Assembly (NCBI GenBank): GCA_036676985.1
Contig: JAKFBU010000023.1
Span: 64,001-128,000, forward strand
DNA: 64,000 bases
Origin: Candidatus Sericytochromatia bacterium
Lineage (GTDB): Bacteria > Cyanobacteriota > Sericytochromatia > S15B-MN24 > UBA4093
Direction: 5' to 3'
Shown here piece after piece: positions 1-9,217 of the stretch. The notes below the pieces were generated by a model that saw only the letters and a program-made list of their open reading frames with translations, had not been told where the DNA came from and ran no database searches. Within the stretch, counting starts at the first letter, position 1; every line of letters begins with the position of its first letter. The translations under genes and the position numbers were made by a program.

Positions 1-2567
1 CGAGCACCTTCCGCCAGTTCATGAAGAGCGCCGGGCTCGAGGCCGTGATCCGCACCCTCCTGCAGGATCTCGACTTCAAGAGCCCGGATGCCGCCCGGAC
101 CGCGAGCGAGACCATCAAGCGCCTCTTCGAGACGAGCCAGCTCCCGGACGACCTCTACCGCGGCCTCAAGCGCTACTACATGGAGCACTTCCAGCCAGGC
201 TCCTACGTCGCCGTGCGCTCGAGCGCCGTCGGCGAGGACGGCGACAAGGACTCCTTCGCCGGCCAGATGGACAGCTACCTGTTCGTGAAGGGGGCGGACT
301 CCGTCCTCAAGTCCATCAAGCGCTGCTGGGCCTCGGCCTTTTCGGACCGGGCCCTCGCCTACCGCCACATGAAGGGCGTGGACATCTTCGCGGTGGACGT
401 GGGCGTCATCGTCCAGGAGATGGTCTTCGGCGACGCCTCGGGCGTCATGTTCACGGCGGATCCGCTCTCGGGCGATCGCGACGTCGTCGTCATCAACGGC
501 ACCTTCGGCGCCGGCGAGGGCGTGGTCTCGGGGGCGCTCGACACGGACTCGTTCGTTGTCAACAAATCCACGAAGCAACTGACCACTGAGCTGGTAAACA
601 AACCAAAGCGGGTGGCGTTCAACGCGGCGCGCGGCCATGGCACCTTCGAGGCCGACGTGCCAGCAGTGCTACAAGATGTCCCGTGCCTCACCGAGGAGCA
701 AGCCAAGGAGCTCGCGGAGCTGGGCATCGCCATCGAGGCGCTGTACGGCAAGCCCCAGGACATCGAGTGGACCGTCTACGCGGGCAAGCTCCACATCTTG
801 CAGAGCCGTCCCATCACCAACCTCAAGGTGCCCCAGACCAAGATCGGCAAGGAGATCATCTGGGACAACTCGAACATCACCGAGAGCTACTCGGGCGTGA
901 CCTCGCCCTTGACCTTCTCCTTTGCGTCGCAGGCCTACAACATCGTCTACAACCAGGTGGCGCTCACGCTCGGCATCCCGGGCGACGTGGTGCGCCTCAA
1001 CGAGCAGACCTTCAAGAACCTGCTCGGCCTGGTCCGCGGCCGCGTCTTCTATAACCTCGGCAACTGGTATCAGATGACCTCCCTGTTGCCCGGCTTCAAC
1101 TTCAACAAGGGCTTCATGGACCAGATGATGGGGGTCAAGGAGCAATCCGACTTCCAGAAGGGCGAGAAGAACTACTCGGAGCTGCCCAAGCTCTTGGGCG
1201 TCGCCTGGACCATCCTCGGCCACTACCGGCGCATCGACCAGCACGTCTCGTGGTTCCAGAACAACTTCAACCAGGTCAACGGCCAATACCGGACGTACGA
1301 CTGGAAGGCCATGCGGCCCGACGAGATCAAGGAGGCCTACCACGACCTCGAGCAGCGCCTTCTGTGGCAGTGGAAGGCCCCGATCCTGACGGACATCTCG
1401 GCCATGGTCTTCTACGGCGTCCTCAAGAAGCTCTGCGTGGGCTGGTGCGGCGACGAGACCGGCTCCTTGCAGAATGACCTCTTGTGCGGCGAGGGCGAGA
1501 TCGAGTCCACCGAGCCCACCAAGGCCATCATGCGCATGGCGCTCGCCGCCAAGGCAGACCCCAAGCTCAAGACCTTTTTCGAGACGCACAAGGAGTCCGA
1601 GATCTGGAGCCTGCTCAAGCAGGACGAGAGCCTCAAGGGCATGCGGGACCTGGTCCAGGACTTCCTGGACAAGTACGGCTACCGCTGCATGAACGAGCTC
1701 AAGCTGGAGGAGAAGAACCTCAAGGAGGATCCGTCCTTCATCTTCTCGATGGTCAAGAACTACCTCAAGATGGAGAACCTGGACATCCAGGCCATGGAGG
1801 CCAACGAGAAGCGGATCCGGAACGAGGCCGAGGCCAAGATCCGGCAGAAACTGGGCGGCAACCCCTTCCGATACGGCTTCTTCATGTGGGTGGTCAAGAA
1901 CGCGCGCAAGCACGTCAAGAACCGCGAGAACATGCGCTTTGCCCGCACGAAGATCTTCGGCATCCTGCGCGACATGTTCCAGTCCATCGGCGCCACCTTC
2001 TACCAGTGGGAGCTTTTGGACGACAGCCAGGACATCTTCTACCTGAACCTCGAGGAGATCTGGGGCTTCATCCAGGGCACGGCGACGAGCACCAACCTGC
2101 GGGGCCTGGCGGCCCTGCGCAAGGCCGAGTTCGACCGCTACCGGGCCGAGGACGTGGACGATCGCTTCAAATCCTACGGCACGGTCTGGTACGCCAACCA
2201 CTTCGTGGGCGAGGTGCCCGCCGACCAGGGTCCGGTGGATCCGAACGTCCTCAAGGGCATCAGCTGCTGCCCGGGCGTGGTCAAGAACACGGTGCGCGTC
2301 ATCCGCTCGCCCGAGGACGACATGAGCCTCAACGGCCAGATCCTCGTCGCCGAGCGCACGGATCCGGGCTGGGTGCCCCTGTACCCGGCGGCCTCCGGCC
2401 TGCTCATCGAGCGCGGCAGCATCCTGAGCCACTCGGCCATCGTCGCCCGTGAGCTCGGCCTGCCCACCATCGTGGGCATCAAGAACCTGACCAAGCGCCT
2501 CAAGGACGGCCAACTCGTCGAGATGGACGCCCGCCAGGGCACGGTCCGGCTGAACCCCGACGAGTAG
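1..2567 (+). CDS. PEP-utilising phosphotransferase with RPH/PigC architecture (ATP-grasp, substrate domain, C-terminal His swivel); 5'-partial
   Basis: The frame is open to the window edge (STFRQF precedes the ATG at 21). PPDK_N motifs AVRSSAVGEDG..SFAGQ, VIVQEMV, PQDIEW and LQSRPIT are present, plus the swivel motif TDPGW..ERGSILSHSAIVARELGLP at the C-terminus. There is no pyruvate-binding barrel, so it is not a true PpsA. Confidence 0.85.
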   Translation, partial: STFRQFMKSAGLEAVIRTLLQDLDFKSPDAARTASETIKRLFETSQLPDDLYRGLKRYYMEHFQPGSYVAVRSSAVGEDGDKDSFAGQMDSYLFVKGADSVLKSIKRCWASAFSDRALAYRHMKGVDIFAVDVGVIVQEMVFGDASGVMFTADPLSGDRDVVVINGTFGAGEGVVSGALDTDSFVVNKSTKQLTTELVNKPKRVAFNAARGHGTFEADVPAVLQDVPCLTEEQAKELAELGIAIEALYGKPQDIEWTVYAGKLHILQSRPITNLKVPQTKIGKEIIWDNSNITESYSGVTSPLTFSFASQAYNIVYNQVALTLGIPGDVVRLNEQTFKNLLGLVRGRVFYNLGNWYQMTSLLPGFNFNKGFMDQMMGVKEQSDFQKGEKNYSELPKLLGVAWTILGHYRRIDQHVSWFQNNFNQVNGQYRTYDWKAMRPDEIKEAYHDLEQRLLWQWKAPILTDISAMVFYGVLKKLCVGWCGDETGSLQNDLLCGEGEIESTEPTKAIMRMALAAKADPKLKTFFETHKESEIWSLLKQDESLKGMRDLVQDFLDKYGYRCMNELKLEEKNLKEDPSFIFSMVKNYLKMENLDIQAMEANEKRIRNEAEAKIRQKLGGNPFRYGFFMWVVKNARKHVKNRENMRFARTKIFGILRDMFQSIGATFYQWELLDDSQDIFYLNLEEIWGFIQGTATSTNLRGLAALRKAEFDRYRAEDVDDRFKSYGTVWYANHFVGEVPADQGPVDPNVLKGISCCPGVVKNTVRVIRSPEDDMSLNGQILVAERTDPGWVPLYPAASGLLIERGSILSHSAIVARELGLPTIVGIKNLTKRLKDGQLVEMDARQGTVRLNPDE

Positions 2568-2582
2568 CAACGGAGTTCGACT

Positions 2583-2617
2583 CGAGGGCCTCCTCCCGAT
2601 GCGGGAGGAGGCCCTCG
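2583..2617 (+). terminator. Strong hairpin, probable terminator or processing stem
   Basis: Perfect 16-bp stem CGAGGGCCTCCTCCCG-atg-CGGGAGGAGGCCCTCG just after the stop codon; no clear U-tract. Confidence 0.6.
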
Positions 2618-2698
2618 CCGTCTGTTGCGGACGGCGTTCCCAATCGATCCCGTCGGGTATATAGAGCGTGTTTGCCCCTCGAGAAAGGCCCCCTCGCC

Positions 2699-3682
2699 AT
2701 GAAGCTCCGCCCGGCCCTCGCCGCCCTCCTCTTCGTCACGCTCGCGGCCACGCCCGGCGCCCTAGCTGCCGTCGAGCCGACCGAGACCGCCATCCGTGCC
2801 TCCTTCGAGCGACTGCAGTCGGCCATGGACCGTAACAACAACAAGGTCGCCCTGCCGCTCGCGGGCGAGATCCTAGAGGCCGCCCGAAAGTCAGGTAGCC
2901 TGGCGCTCGTGGCCGAGGCCCTCCTGATGCACGGTGAGGTCTACCTGGGGCTCGACAAGATGCAGGAAGCCAAGAGCTACCTATTGAACGCGCTGGGGCT
3001 CGCCGTCGAGGTCGGGGACAAGCGAGTCCACGCCAACGCCCTCAACGACCTGGGCATCGTCGCCGAGCGGGCCGGTCGGGTCAACGGGGCCGAGAGCTAC
3101 TACCGCCAGTCCCTCGCCATCGCGGAGACCCTGGACGACCCGCTCCTCCTGGATGCAGCGACCTTCGACCTGGGCGCCATCGAGTGCGAGAAGGGGGACT
3201 ACGACAGCGGCTACCCGCGCCTCAAGTCGGTCCTCGATCGCTCGAAGAAGCGCAAGGACGACCTCAGCGCCGCCAGGGTCCTGGTGAAGATCGCAAGCGT
3301 AGAGCGCGAGATGAAGAAGCCCGATCAGGCCGCCGCCAGCGCCGCCGAGGCCCTGGGGCTGGGTCGCGCCGTCGGCTACTATCCCACCCAGCATGGAGCC
3401 CTCCGGGTGCTCGCCATGCTCGCCATGGACAAGAATGACTTCACCGAAGCCGAGTCCAAGCTGAGAGAGGCGCTCGGCGTCGCCCGGGAGAGCGAGGACG
3501 ACTGGGCGCTCGCCCATGCCTCCCTGGATCTGGGCCAGTTCTATGCCGCCAAGCAGCGCCACAAGGAGGCCGTCACCCAGCTCATCACGGCCCAGCGCAC
3601 GTTCCGCAAGCTCGGTGAGAAAGACGCGGTCGAGAACATCCGCAAGCTGCTCAACCAGCTCGAAGGCGGCAAGGCGCTCTAG
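2699..3682 (+). CDS. Secreted tetratricopeptide-repeat protein
   Basis: RBS GAGAAAGG before ATG 2699; signal peptide MKLRPALAALLFVTLAATPGALA; repeated TPR helices (ANALNDLGIV..AESYYRQSLAI, AHASLDLGQFY). Confidence 0.8.
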   Translation: MKLRPALAALLFVTLAATPGALAAVEPTETAIRASFERLQSAMDRNNNKVALPLAGEILEAARKSGSLALVAEALLMHGEVYLGLDKMQEAKSYLLNALGLAVEVGDKRVHANALNDLGIVAERAGRVNGAESYYRQSLAIAETLDDPLLLDAATFDLGAIECEKGDYDSGYPRLKSVLDRSKKRKDDLSAARVLVKIASVEREMKKPDQAAASAAEALGLGRAVGYYPTQHGALRVLAMLAMDKNDFTEAESKLREALGVARESEDDWALAHASLDLGQFYAAKQRHKEAVTQLITAQRTFRKLGEKDAVENIRKLLNQLEGGKAL

Positions 3683-3694
3683 AGGAGTCCCACC

Positions 3695-5380
3695 ATGCGC
3701 CCCGCCGACAAGATCCTCGCCCCGCAGGACAACGTCTTCCGGTACCTGAGCCATTGGGCCGCCACGTCCCCCGACCAGCCCGCCGTGGTCATGCCGGGCA
3801 AGCCCAGAGCCGACGGCAGCGTGCCCTACGAGCAGCTCTCGTTCGCCGAGCTGGAGGGCCGGGTCAACCGGCTGGCGGCGGCCCTCAAGGCCCGGGGCAT
3901 CGAGCGCGGCGATCGCATCGTCGTCATGATCCCCATGAGCATGGAGCTCTACACGCTCTTGCTCGCCTGTCTCAAGATCGCGGCCGTCATCGTCTTCATC
4001 GACCCCTGGGTGGGGCTCGACCAGATCCGGCGCTGCATCGAGCTGACCCAGCCCAAGGCCTTCGCGGGCATCCCGCTCATCCAGCTCTTGGCCCGGTCCA
4101 TGGGCATCCTCAAGCCCATCCCCCTGCGCCTCACGGCCAGGGGCCGCGCCCGCTTCGGCGAGCTCCAGCTCGAGAAGCTGATGGACGAGCAAGCCCCTCC
4201 GGTCGAGACAGAGCGGGTGGAGCCCGACACCACGGCCCTCATCACCTTCACCACGGGCAGCACGGGCACTCCCAAGGGCGCGAATCGCACGCACGGCTTT
4301 CTCGTGGCCCAGCACCTGGCCCTCTCGCGCGAGATGGGGCTGAGGCCCGGTGAGGCGGACCTCACGACCCTGCCCATCTTCGTCCTCAACAACCTGGCCT
4401 CGGGCGTGACGAGCATCCTGCCCCTGTCGTCCAAGCCGGGCGCCGTCGATCCGGCCGTCATCTTCCGGCAGATCCAGGACTTCGAGCCCCGCACCGCCGT
4501 GGGCTCGCCCGCCTACTGGCTGCCCATCGCCGACCACTGCCTCGAAATGGGTCTGACGCTGCCCACCATCCGCTCGGTCTTCACGGGCGGCGGCCCGGTA
4601 CCCCCCGGGCTCCTGGGCAAGCTGCGGCGCATCCTGCCGCACGGTGAGGCCTTCATCGGCTACGGCTCCACCGAGGCCGAGCCCATCGCCATCATCGGCG
4701 CGGACGAGGTCTGCGACGAGACGGGGCCCCGGACCGAGGCGGGCGACGGCAACTGCGTGGGGCATCTCGCGCCGGGCATCGACCTCAAGGTCATCCGCGT
4801 CATCCCCGGTCCCGTGACGCTCGGCCCCGAGGGCTGGAGCGACCTGGAGCTGCCGCATGGGGCCATCGGCGAGCTCGTCGTGACGGGCGACCACGTGGGC
4901 AAGGACTACTACCGCAACCCCGAGGCGGTCAAGGAGAACAAGATCAAGGCCCCCGACGGCCGTATCTGGCATCGCCTGGGAGACGTGGGCTACCTGGACG
5001 ACCAGCAGCGCATCTGGCTGGTGGGCCGGGTCAACAACGTCGTGACCCGCGGTCCCAAGGCCATCTACCCCATCCAGGCCGAGGCGATCGCCCACCAGCT
5101 CCCCTTCGTCGAGAAGGCGGCGCTCGTGGGCCTGGACGATCCTGAGCTCGGCCACCGGGTGGCGTTCGTCGTGATCCCCCACGAGAAGCACCCCGTCCAG
5201 TGGATTCGCAAGCGCCACGAGTGGGAGCTGAGGATCCGCGACCACCTGGAGCGCCATGGCATCCCCCTGGATGCCATCCTCTTCACGCGTCGCCTGCCTC
5301 TGGACCCTCGGCACCAGACCAAGATCGACTACGGCAAGCTCCAGCGCCTTATCGCCAAGCAAGCGAAGCCTCGCCCCTGA
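3695..5380 (+). CDS. AMP-binding (ANL) ligase, OleC/fatty-acyl-CoA ligase-like
   Basis: P-loop ITFTTGSTGTPKG, YGSTEAEPI, WHRLGDVGYLD and C-terminal LPLDPRHQTKIDY, which resembles OleC PVDIRHNAKI. Confidence 0.85.
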   Translation: MRPADKILAPQDNVFRYLSHWAATSPDQPAVVMPGKPRADGSVPYEQLSFAELEGRVNRLAAALKARGIERGDRIVVMIPMSMELYTLLLACLKIAAVIVFIDPWVGLDQIRRCIELTQPKAFAGIPLIQLLARSMGILKPIPLRLTARGRARFGELQLEKLMDEQAPPVETERVEPDTTALITFTTGSTGTPKGANRTHGFLVAQHLALSREMGLRPGEADLTTLPIFVLNNLASGVTSILPLSSKPGAVDPAVIFRQIQDFEPRTAVGSPAYWLPIADHCLEMGLTLPTIRSVFTGGGPVPPGLLGKLRRILPHGEAFIGYGSTEAEPIAIIGADEVCDETGPRTEAGDGNCVGHLAPGIDLKVIRVIPGPVTLGPEGWSDLELPHGAIGELVVTGDHVGKDYYRNPEAVKENKIKAPDGRIWHRLGDVGYLDDQQRIWLVGRVNNVVTRGPKAIYPIQAEAIAHQLPFVEKAALVGLDDPELGHRVAFVVIPHEKHPVQWIRKRHEWELRIRDHLERHGIPLDAILFTRRLPLDPRHQTKIDYGKLQRLIAKQAKPRP

Positions 5381-5474
5381 GTGCCCTCGATCGAGGAAAT
5401 GGTGACGGGTCGCATATTTCAGGGGCCTATGTTAGGTTTAGGATCGAACCATCCCACCTAGCACTGGAGCAATC

Positions 5475-5672
5475 ATGGAACTGGACATCGCCACCATCCG
5501 CGAATTCCTCGAGCAGAACAGCTTCGAAACCACCGACTGGTTCCGCGGCTTCACCCAGGGCCTGATCCTGGCCGAGGTCATGGACACCTACGAAGTCGAG
5601 CGCCTGGAGGACTACTGGAACGACCTGCGCGGCTTCGAGGGCGAAGAGGAAGAAGAAGAGGAAGAACAGTAA
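5475..5672 (+). CDS. Small very acidic hypothetical protein (65 aa)
   Basis: RBS GGAG, host-like codon usage, poly-Glu tail. Confidence 0.7.
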   Translation: MELDIATIREFLEQNSFETTDWFRGFTQGLILAEVMDTYEVERLEDYWNDLRGFEGEEEEEEEEQ

Positions 5673-5765
5673 AACGCACGCGGCGGGCCATCCGGGGCTT
5701 GCCCGGTCGGCTGGTCAACATGTAGACTGGTATTATGTTCGACCGCTGCTGCCCCTTCCACCCGC

Positions 5766-7784
5766 ATGCCTAGCCCCGCCGAGGCCGCCTTAGAGCGGCA
5801 CTTCGGCCACACCGCCTTCCGCAACGGGCAACAGCCCGTCATCGAGGCGGTGCTCGCCGGCCGCGACACCGTCGCCCTCATGCCCACCGGCCAGGGAAAG
5901 TCCCTGTGCTACCAGCTTCCCGCCGTCATGCTCGACGGCGTGACGCTCGTGGTCTCGCCGCTCATCGCCCTCATGAAGGACCAGGTCGACGGCCTGCTCG
6001 AGAAGGGCATCGCCGCAACCTTCATCAACAGCAGCCTGGACCCCGAGGAGGCGACGCATCGCCTGGAGGCGCTCGCCCGAGGCGAGTACAAGCTCGTCTA
6101 CGTGGCTCCCGAGCGCTTCCGCAACCAGTCCTTCCTCAAGGCCCTGCAGGGCGTGACGATCGCGCGCTTCGCCGTGGACGAGGCCCACTGCGTCAGCCAG
6201 TGGGGGCACGACTTCCGGCCCGACTACCTGCGCCTCAAGCATGCCATCGACAAGCTCGGTCGCCCGCCGGTCCTGGCCGCCACGGCGACCGCCACGCCGG
6301 ACGTCCGCGAGGACATCGTCACCCAGCTCGGCCTCAAGGACGCGGCGGTCTTCGTCACGGGTTTCGATCGGCCCAACTTGCGCTACGTGGTCCGGCCGGC
6401 GTCGGGCGAGCAGGCCAAGCTCTCCAAGGCCCTCGAGATCGTCCAGAAGGTCCAGGGCTCGGGCATCGTCTACGCCGCCACCCGCAAGAACGTCGAGACC
6501 ATCACCGAGCACCTGCAAGCAGCGGGCATCTCGTCGGTGGCCTACCACGGGGGCCTCGGCGACATGGAGCGCGAGGTCGCGCAGGACACCTGGATGGACG
6601 GCCGCGCGCGCGTGGTGGTCGCGACCAACGCCTTCGGCATGGGCGTGGACAAGCCCAACGTGCGCTTCGTGGTCCATTACGACCAGCCGGGCACGCTCGA
6701 GGCCTATTACCAGGAGGCCGGCCGCGCGGGCCGCGACGGCAAGGCCGCTTACTGCGTCCTCATCTTCTCGCCCGCCGACCGCTACCTGCAGGAGTTCTTC
6801 ATCGAGGGCAGTTGCCCGTCGGTCTCGACCCTCGCCGACGTCTACCACGTCCTGTGCGAGCAGGGGCCGGACGAGTTCGTCATGACCCACGAGGCCATCG
6901 GCCGCCTCTTGCCGGGCAAGGTCAACGACATGGCCATCGGCACCTGCCTCAACCTCCTGGAGCGCAACGGCGTCATCGAGCGAGCACCCCGCGGCGCCAA
7001 CCACGCCTACGTCCGGCATGCCAACGCCCTGATGCCCCTGGACTCGCGCGCCAAGCAGCAACGAGCCGTCTACCAATGCCTCAAGGCGGTGCTGGGCGAT
7101 CGCCTCGACGAGGGCAGCTCCTTGGACCTCACGGCCTTCGTGTCGTACGTGGGCGAGAGCCGCGACTCGGTGCTCTCGGCGCTGCGTAGCCTGCACGAGC
7201 GCGGCCTCATCCACTACACGCCCCCGCAGCACGGGCGCTCCATGCGCATCCTCAAGCGCGCGAGCCACTTCTCGGAGCTGGGTCTCGACGTCTCGCACAT
7301 GGTGGGCAAGCAGGGCCGCGAGCTCGCCAAGCTCGACCAGATGGTGAACTACGGCTACACCGAGGGCTGCCGCCGGGCCTACATCCTGGACTACTTCGGA
7401 GACCAAACCTCGGCGAAGTGCGGCGCGTGCGATCGCTGCCTCGAAGCCGCCGCCGCCCCGACCGCGCCGACCCCGCGCAAGGTCACGATCCGGGCCAAGG
7501 CAGAGCCGACGCCCGCTCCCGCCGTGCCCAAGCCCGACGCCGCGAACGCCGAGCTGCATGCGGCCCTGCGCGAGCTGCGGACGCGACTTGCGCGCGATCG
7601 GGGCCTTCCGGCATACTGCATCGTGCACGACAAGGTCCTCCTGGAGCTTGCCACCGTGCGTCCCCGCACCCACGAGGCCCTCATGGCCGTCAAGGGGATC
7701 GGCGAGGAGAAGGCCCGCCAGTACGGCGAGGCGATGCTGGAAACCATCGCGGCCTTCGACAGCGAGCTCGTCCCCACTGGTTGA
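5766..7784 (+). CDS. recQ: ATP-dependent DNA helicase RecQ
   Basis: MPTGQGKSLCYQLP, VDEAHCVSQWGHDFRPDY, YYQEAGRAGRDG; Zn motif CRR..CGACDRC; C-terminal HRDC domain. Confidence 0.95.
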   Translation: MPSPAEAALERHFGHTAFRNGQQPVIEAVLAGRDTVALMPTGQGKSLCYQLPAVMLDGVTLVVSPLIALMKDQVDGLLEKGIAATFINSSLDPEEATHRLEALARGEYKLVYVAPERFRNQSFLKALQGVTIARFAVDEAHCVSQWGHDFRPDYLRLKHAIDKLGRPPVLAATATATPDVREDIVTQLGLKDAAVFVTGFDRPNLRYVVRPASGEQAKLSKALEIVQKVQGSGIVYAATRKNVETITEHLQAAGISSVAYHGGLGDMEREVAQDTWMDGRARVVVATNAFGMGVDKPNVRFVVHYDQPGTLEAYYQEAGRAGRDGKAAYCVLIFSPADRYLQEFFIEGSCPSVSTLADVYHVLCEQGPDEFVMTHEAIGRLLPGKVNDMAIGTCLNLLERNGVIERAPRGANHAYVRHANALMPLDSRAKQQRAVYQCLKAVLGDRLDEGSSLDLTAFVSYVGESRDSVLSALRSLHERGLIHYTPPQHGRSMRILKRASHFSELGLDVSHMVGKQGRELAKLDQMVNYGYTEGCRRAYILDYFGDQTSAKCGACDRCLEAAAAPTAPTPRKVTIRAKAEPTPAPAVPKPDAANAELHAALRELRTRLARDRGLPAYCIVHDKVLLELATVRPRTHEALMAVKGIGEEKARQYGEAMLETIAAFDSELVPTG

Positions 7785-7791
7785 AGCCCCC

Positions 7792-9060
7792 ATGACCCAC
7801 GAACCCACCCTGCTCGAATCGGCGCTCCGGCATGGCATCCGCCCGGGGCTTGAGCGCATCACCGCGCTCCTGGACATGCTCGGACGCCCCCAGGACCGGC
7901 ACCCGGTGGTGCACGTGGCGGGCACCAACGGCAAGGGTTCGGTCTGCGCGCTTCTGGCCTCGATGCTCGAGGCCGCGGGGTACACGGTCGGGCGCTTCAC
8001 GAGCCCCCATCTCGTGTCCTACCGCGAGCGCTTCAGCCTCGGCGGCATCCTCATCTCTCAGGCGGAGCTGGACGCCGAGCTCAAGACGGTGGCGGACCTG
8101 GCGGAGACGCTGGACCCGGCGCTCGGTCCGGTCACGGAGTTCGAGCTCCTGACGGCGGTCGCGTTCAACTGGTTCGCCAAGCAACCCATGGACCTCTTGA
8201 TCCTCGAGGTCGGCCTGGGCGGGCGACTCGACTCGACCAACGTCGTCGACCGCCCGGTGATGTCGGCCATCACCCGAATTGCGCTCGACCACACGGCCCT
8301 TTTGGGGAACACGGTCGAGGCGATCGCGCGCGAGAAGGCGGGCATCCTCAAGGCCGGCGTCCCGGTCGTCACGGGGGCCGAAGGCAGCGCCCTGGACGAG
8401 ATCCGGGCGATCGCAGCCTCCCTCGGCGCCCCGGTCCAAGTCGCCCCGGCCGCCGACTGGCTCTCCGCGGGTCCCTGCGCGGATCGGGTCCGGGTGGCGG
8501 GCGTCGATTACGACCTGGGGCTCCTGGGGGCGTACCAGGCGCGAAACGCGGCGATCGCCCTGGAGCTCGTCGCGGGGCTGCGCGCGCGGGGCTACGCCGT
8601 GAGCGACGAGGCGGTCCGTCAGGGGCTCGCCGTCGCGTGCTGGCCCGGCCGGATGGATCGCCGGACGACCCCGGACGGGCAGGTCTACTGGCTGGACGGC
8701 GCCCACAACATGGACGGGGTCGCGGCCCTCGCCGCCGCCCTCGGCGACCGGCCCATGCCGGACGGGCGCGTGCTGCTGATGGGCGTGCTCGCCGACAAGG
8801 AGCCCAAGGAGATGATCGCGGGCCTGGCGCCACAGGCCCGGACCCTGGTGCTCACGATGCCGCCCCATGACCGCGGGCTCGATCCGCGAAAGCTCGCTCA
8901 CGAGCTGGATCATCCGGACCTTCACGTGGTGCCCGATTGGGAAGAAGCCCTGGCGGCAGCCCGCACGCTGGCTGCGGGGCGGGAAATCGTAGTGGCGGGC
9001 TCGCTGTACCTGGTGGGGGCCGTCTACGGCGCCCTCGGCGTTGCCGGGCGGCTCTCCTAA
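7792..9060 (+). CDS. folC: Bifunctional folylpolyglutamate synthase/dihydrofolate synthase
   Basis: HVAGTNGKGS, FTSPHL, EVGLGGRLDSTN, WPGR, LDGAHN, GSLYLVG; start taken at ATG 7792, after the recQ stop. Confidence 0.95.
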   Translation: MTHEPTLLESALRHGIRPGLERITALLDMLGRPQDRHPVVHVAGTNGKGSVCALLASMLEAAGYTVGRFTSPHLVSYRERFSLGGILISQAELDAELKTVADLAETLDPALGPVTEFELLTAVAFNWFAKQPMDLLILEVGLGGRLDSTNVVDRPVMSAITRIALDHTALLGNTVEAIAREKAGILKAGVPVVTGAEGSALDEIRAIAASLGAPVQVAPAADWLSAGPCADRVRVAGVDYDLGLLGAYQARNAAIALELVAGLRARGYAVSDEAVRQGLAVACWPGRMDRRTTPDGQVYWLDGAHNMDGVAALAAALGDRPMPDGRVLLMGVLADKEPKEMIAGLAPQARTLVLTMPPHDRGLDPRKLAHELDHPDLHVVPDWEEALAAARTLAAGREIVVAGSLYLVGAVYGALGVAGRLS

Positions 9061-9217
9061 AGCTAATCCGCCACGAGCCGGACGCTTCCACCCTCCTCAT
9101 GCCCTAGACGCGGGATGTCACACGGATCCGACCGCAAGTGACGGATGTCTGCGGTTGTCGCCTGGAGAGAGGGGTGGTACGATCCATGCGACCGAAGCGC
9201 TTGGAGACCTCAGTAAC

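Noticed and set aside
1-2567. Calling ORF1 ppsA or rph
   Set aside because: It lacks the PpsA C-terminal barrel. Rifampin specificity cannot be inferred from architecture alone, and the upstream region is outside the window.
9061-9217. Intergenic regions examined for riboswitch or ncRNA (also 11119-11288, 33694-33978, 38807-39127, 60289-60603)
   Set aside because: I could not recognise a conserved RNA motif or tRNA cloverleaf by eye. An Infernal/Rfam scan would be needed.
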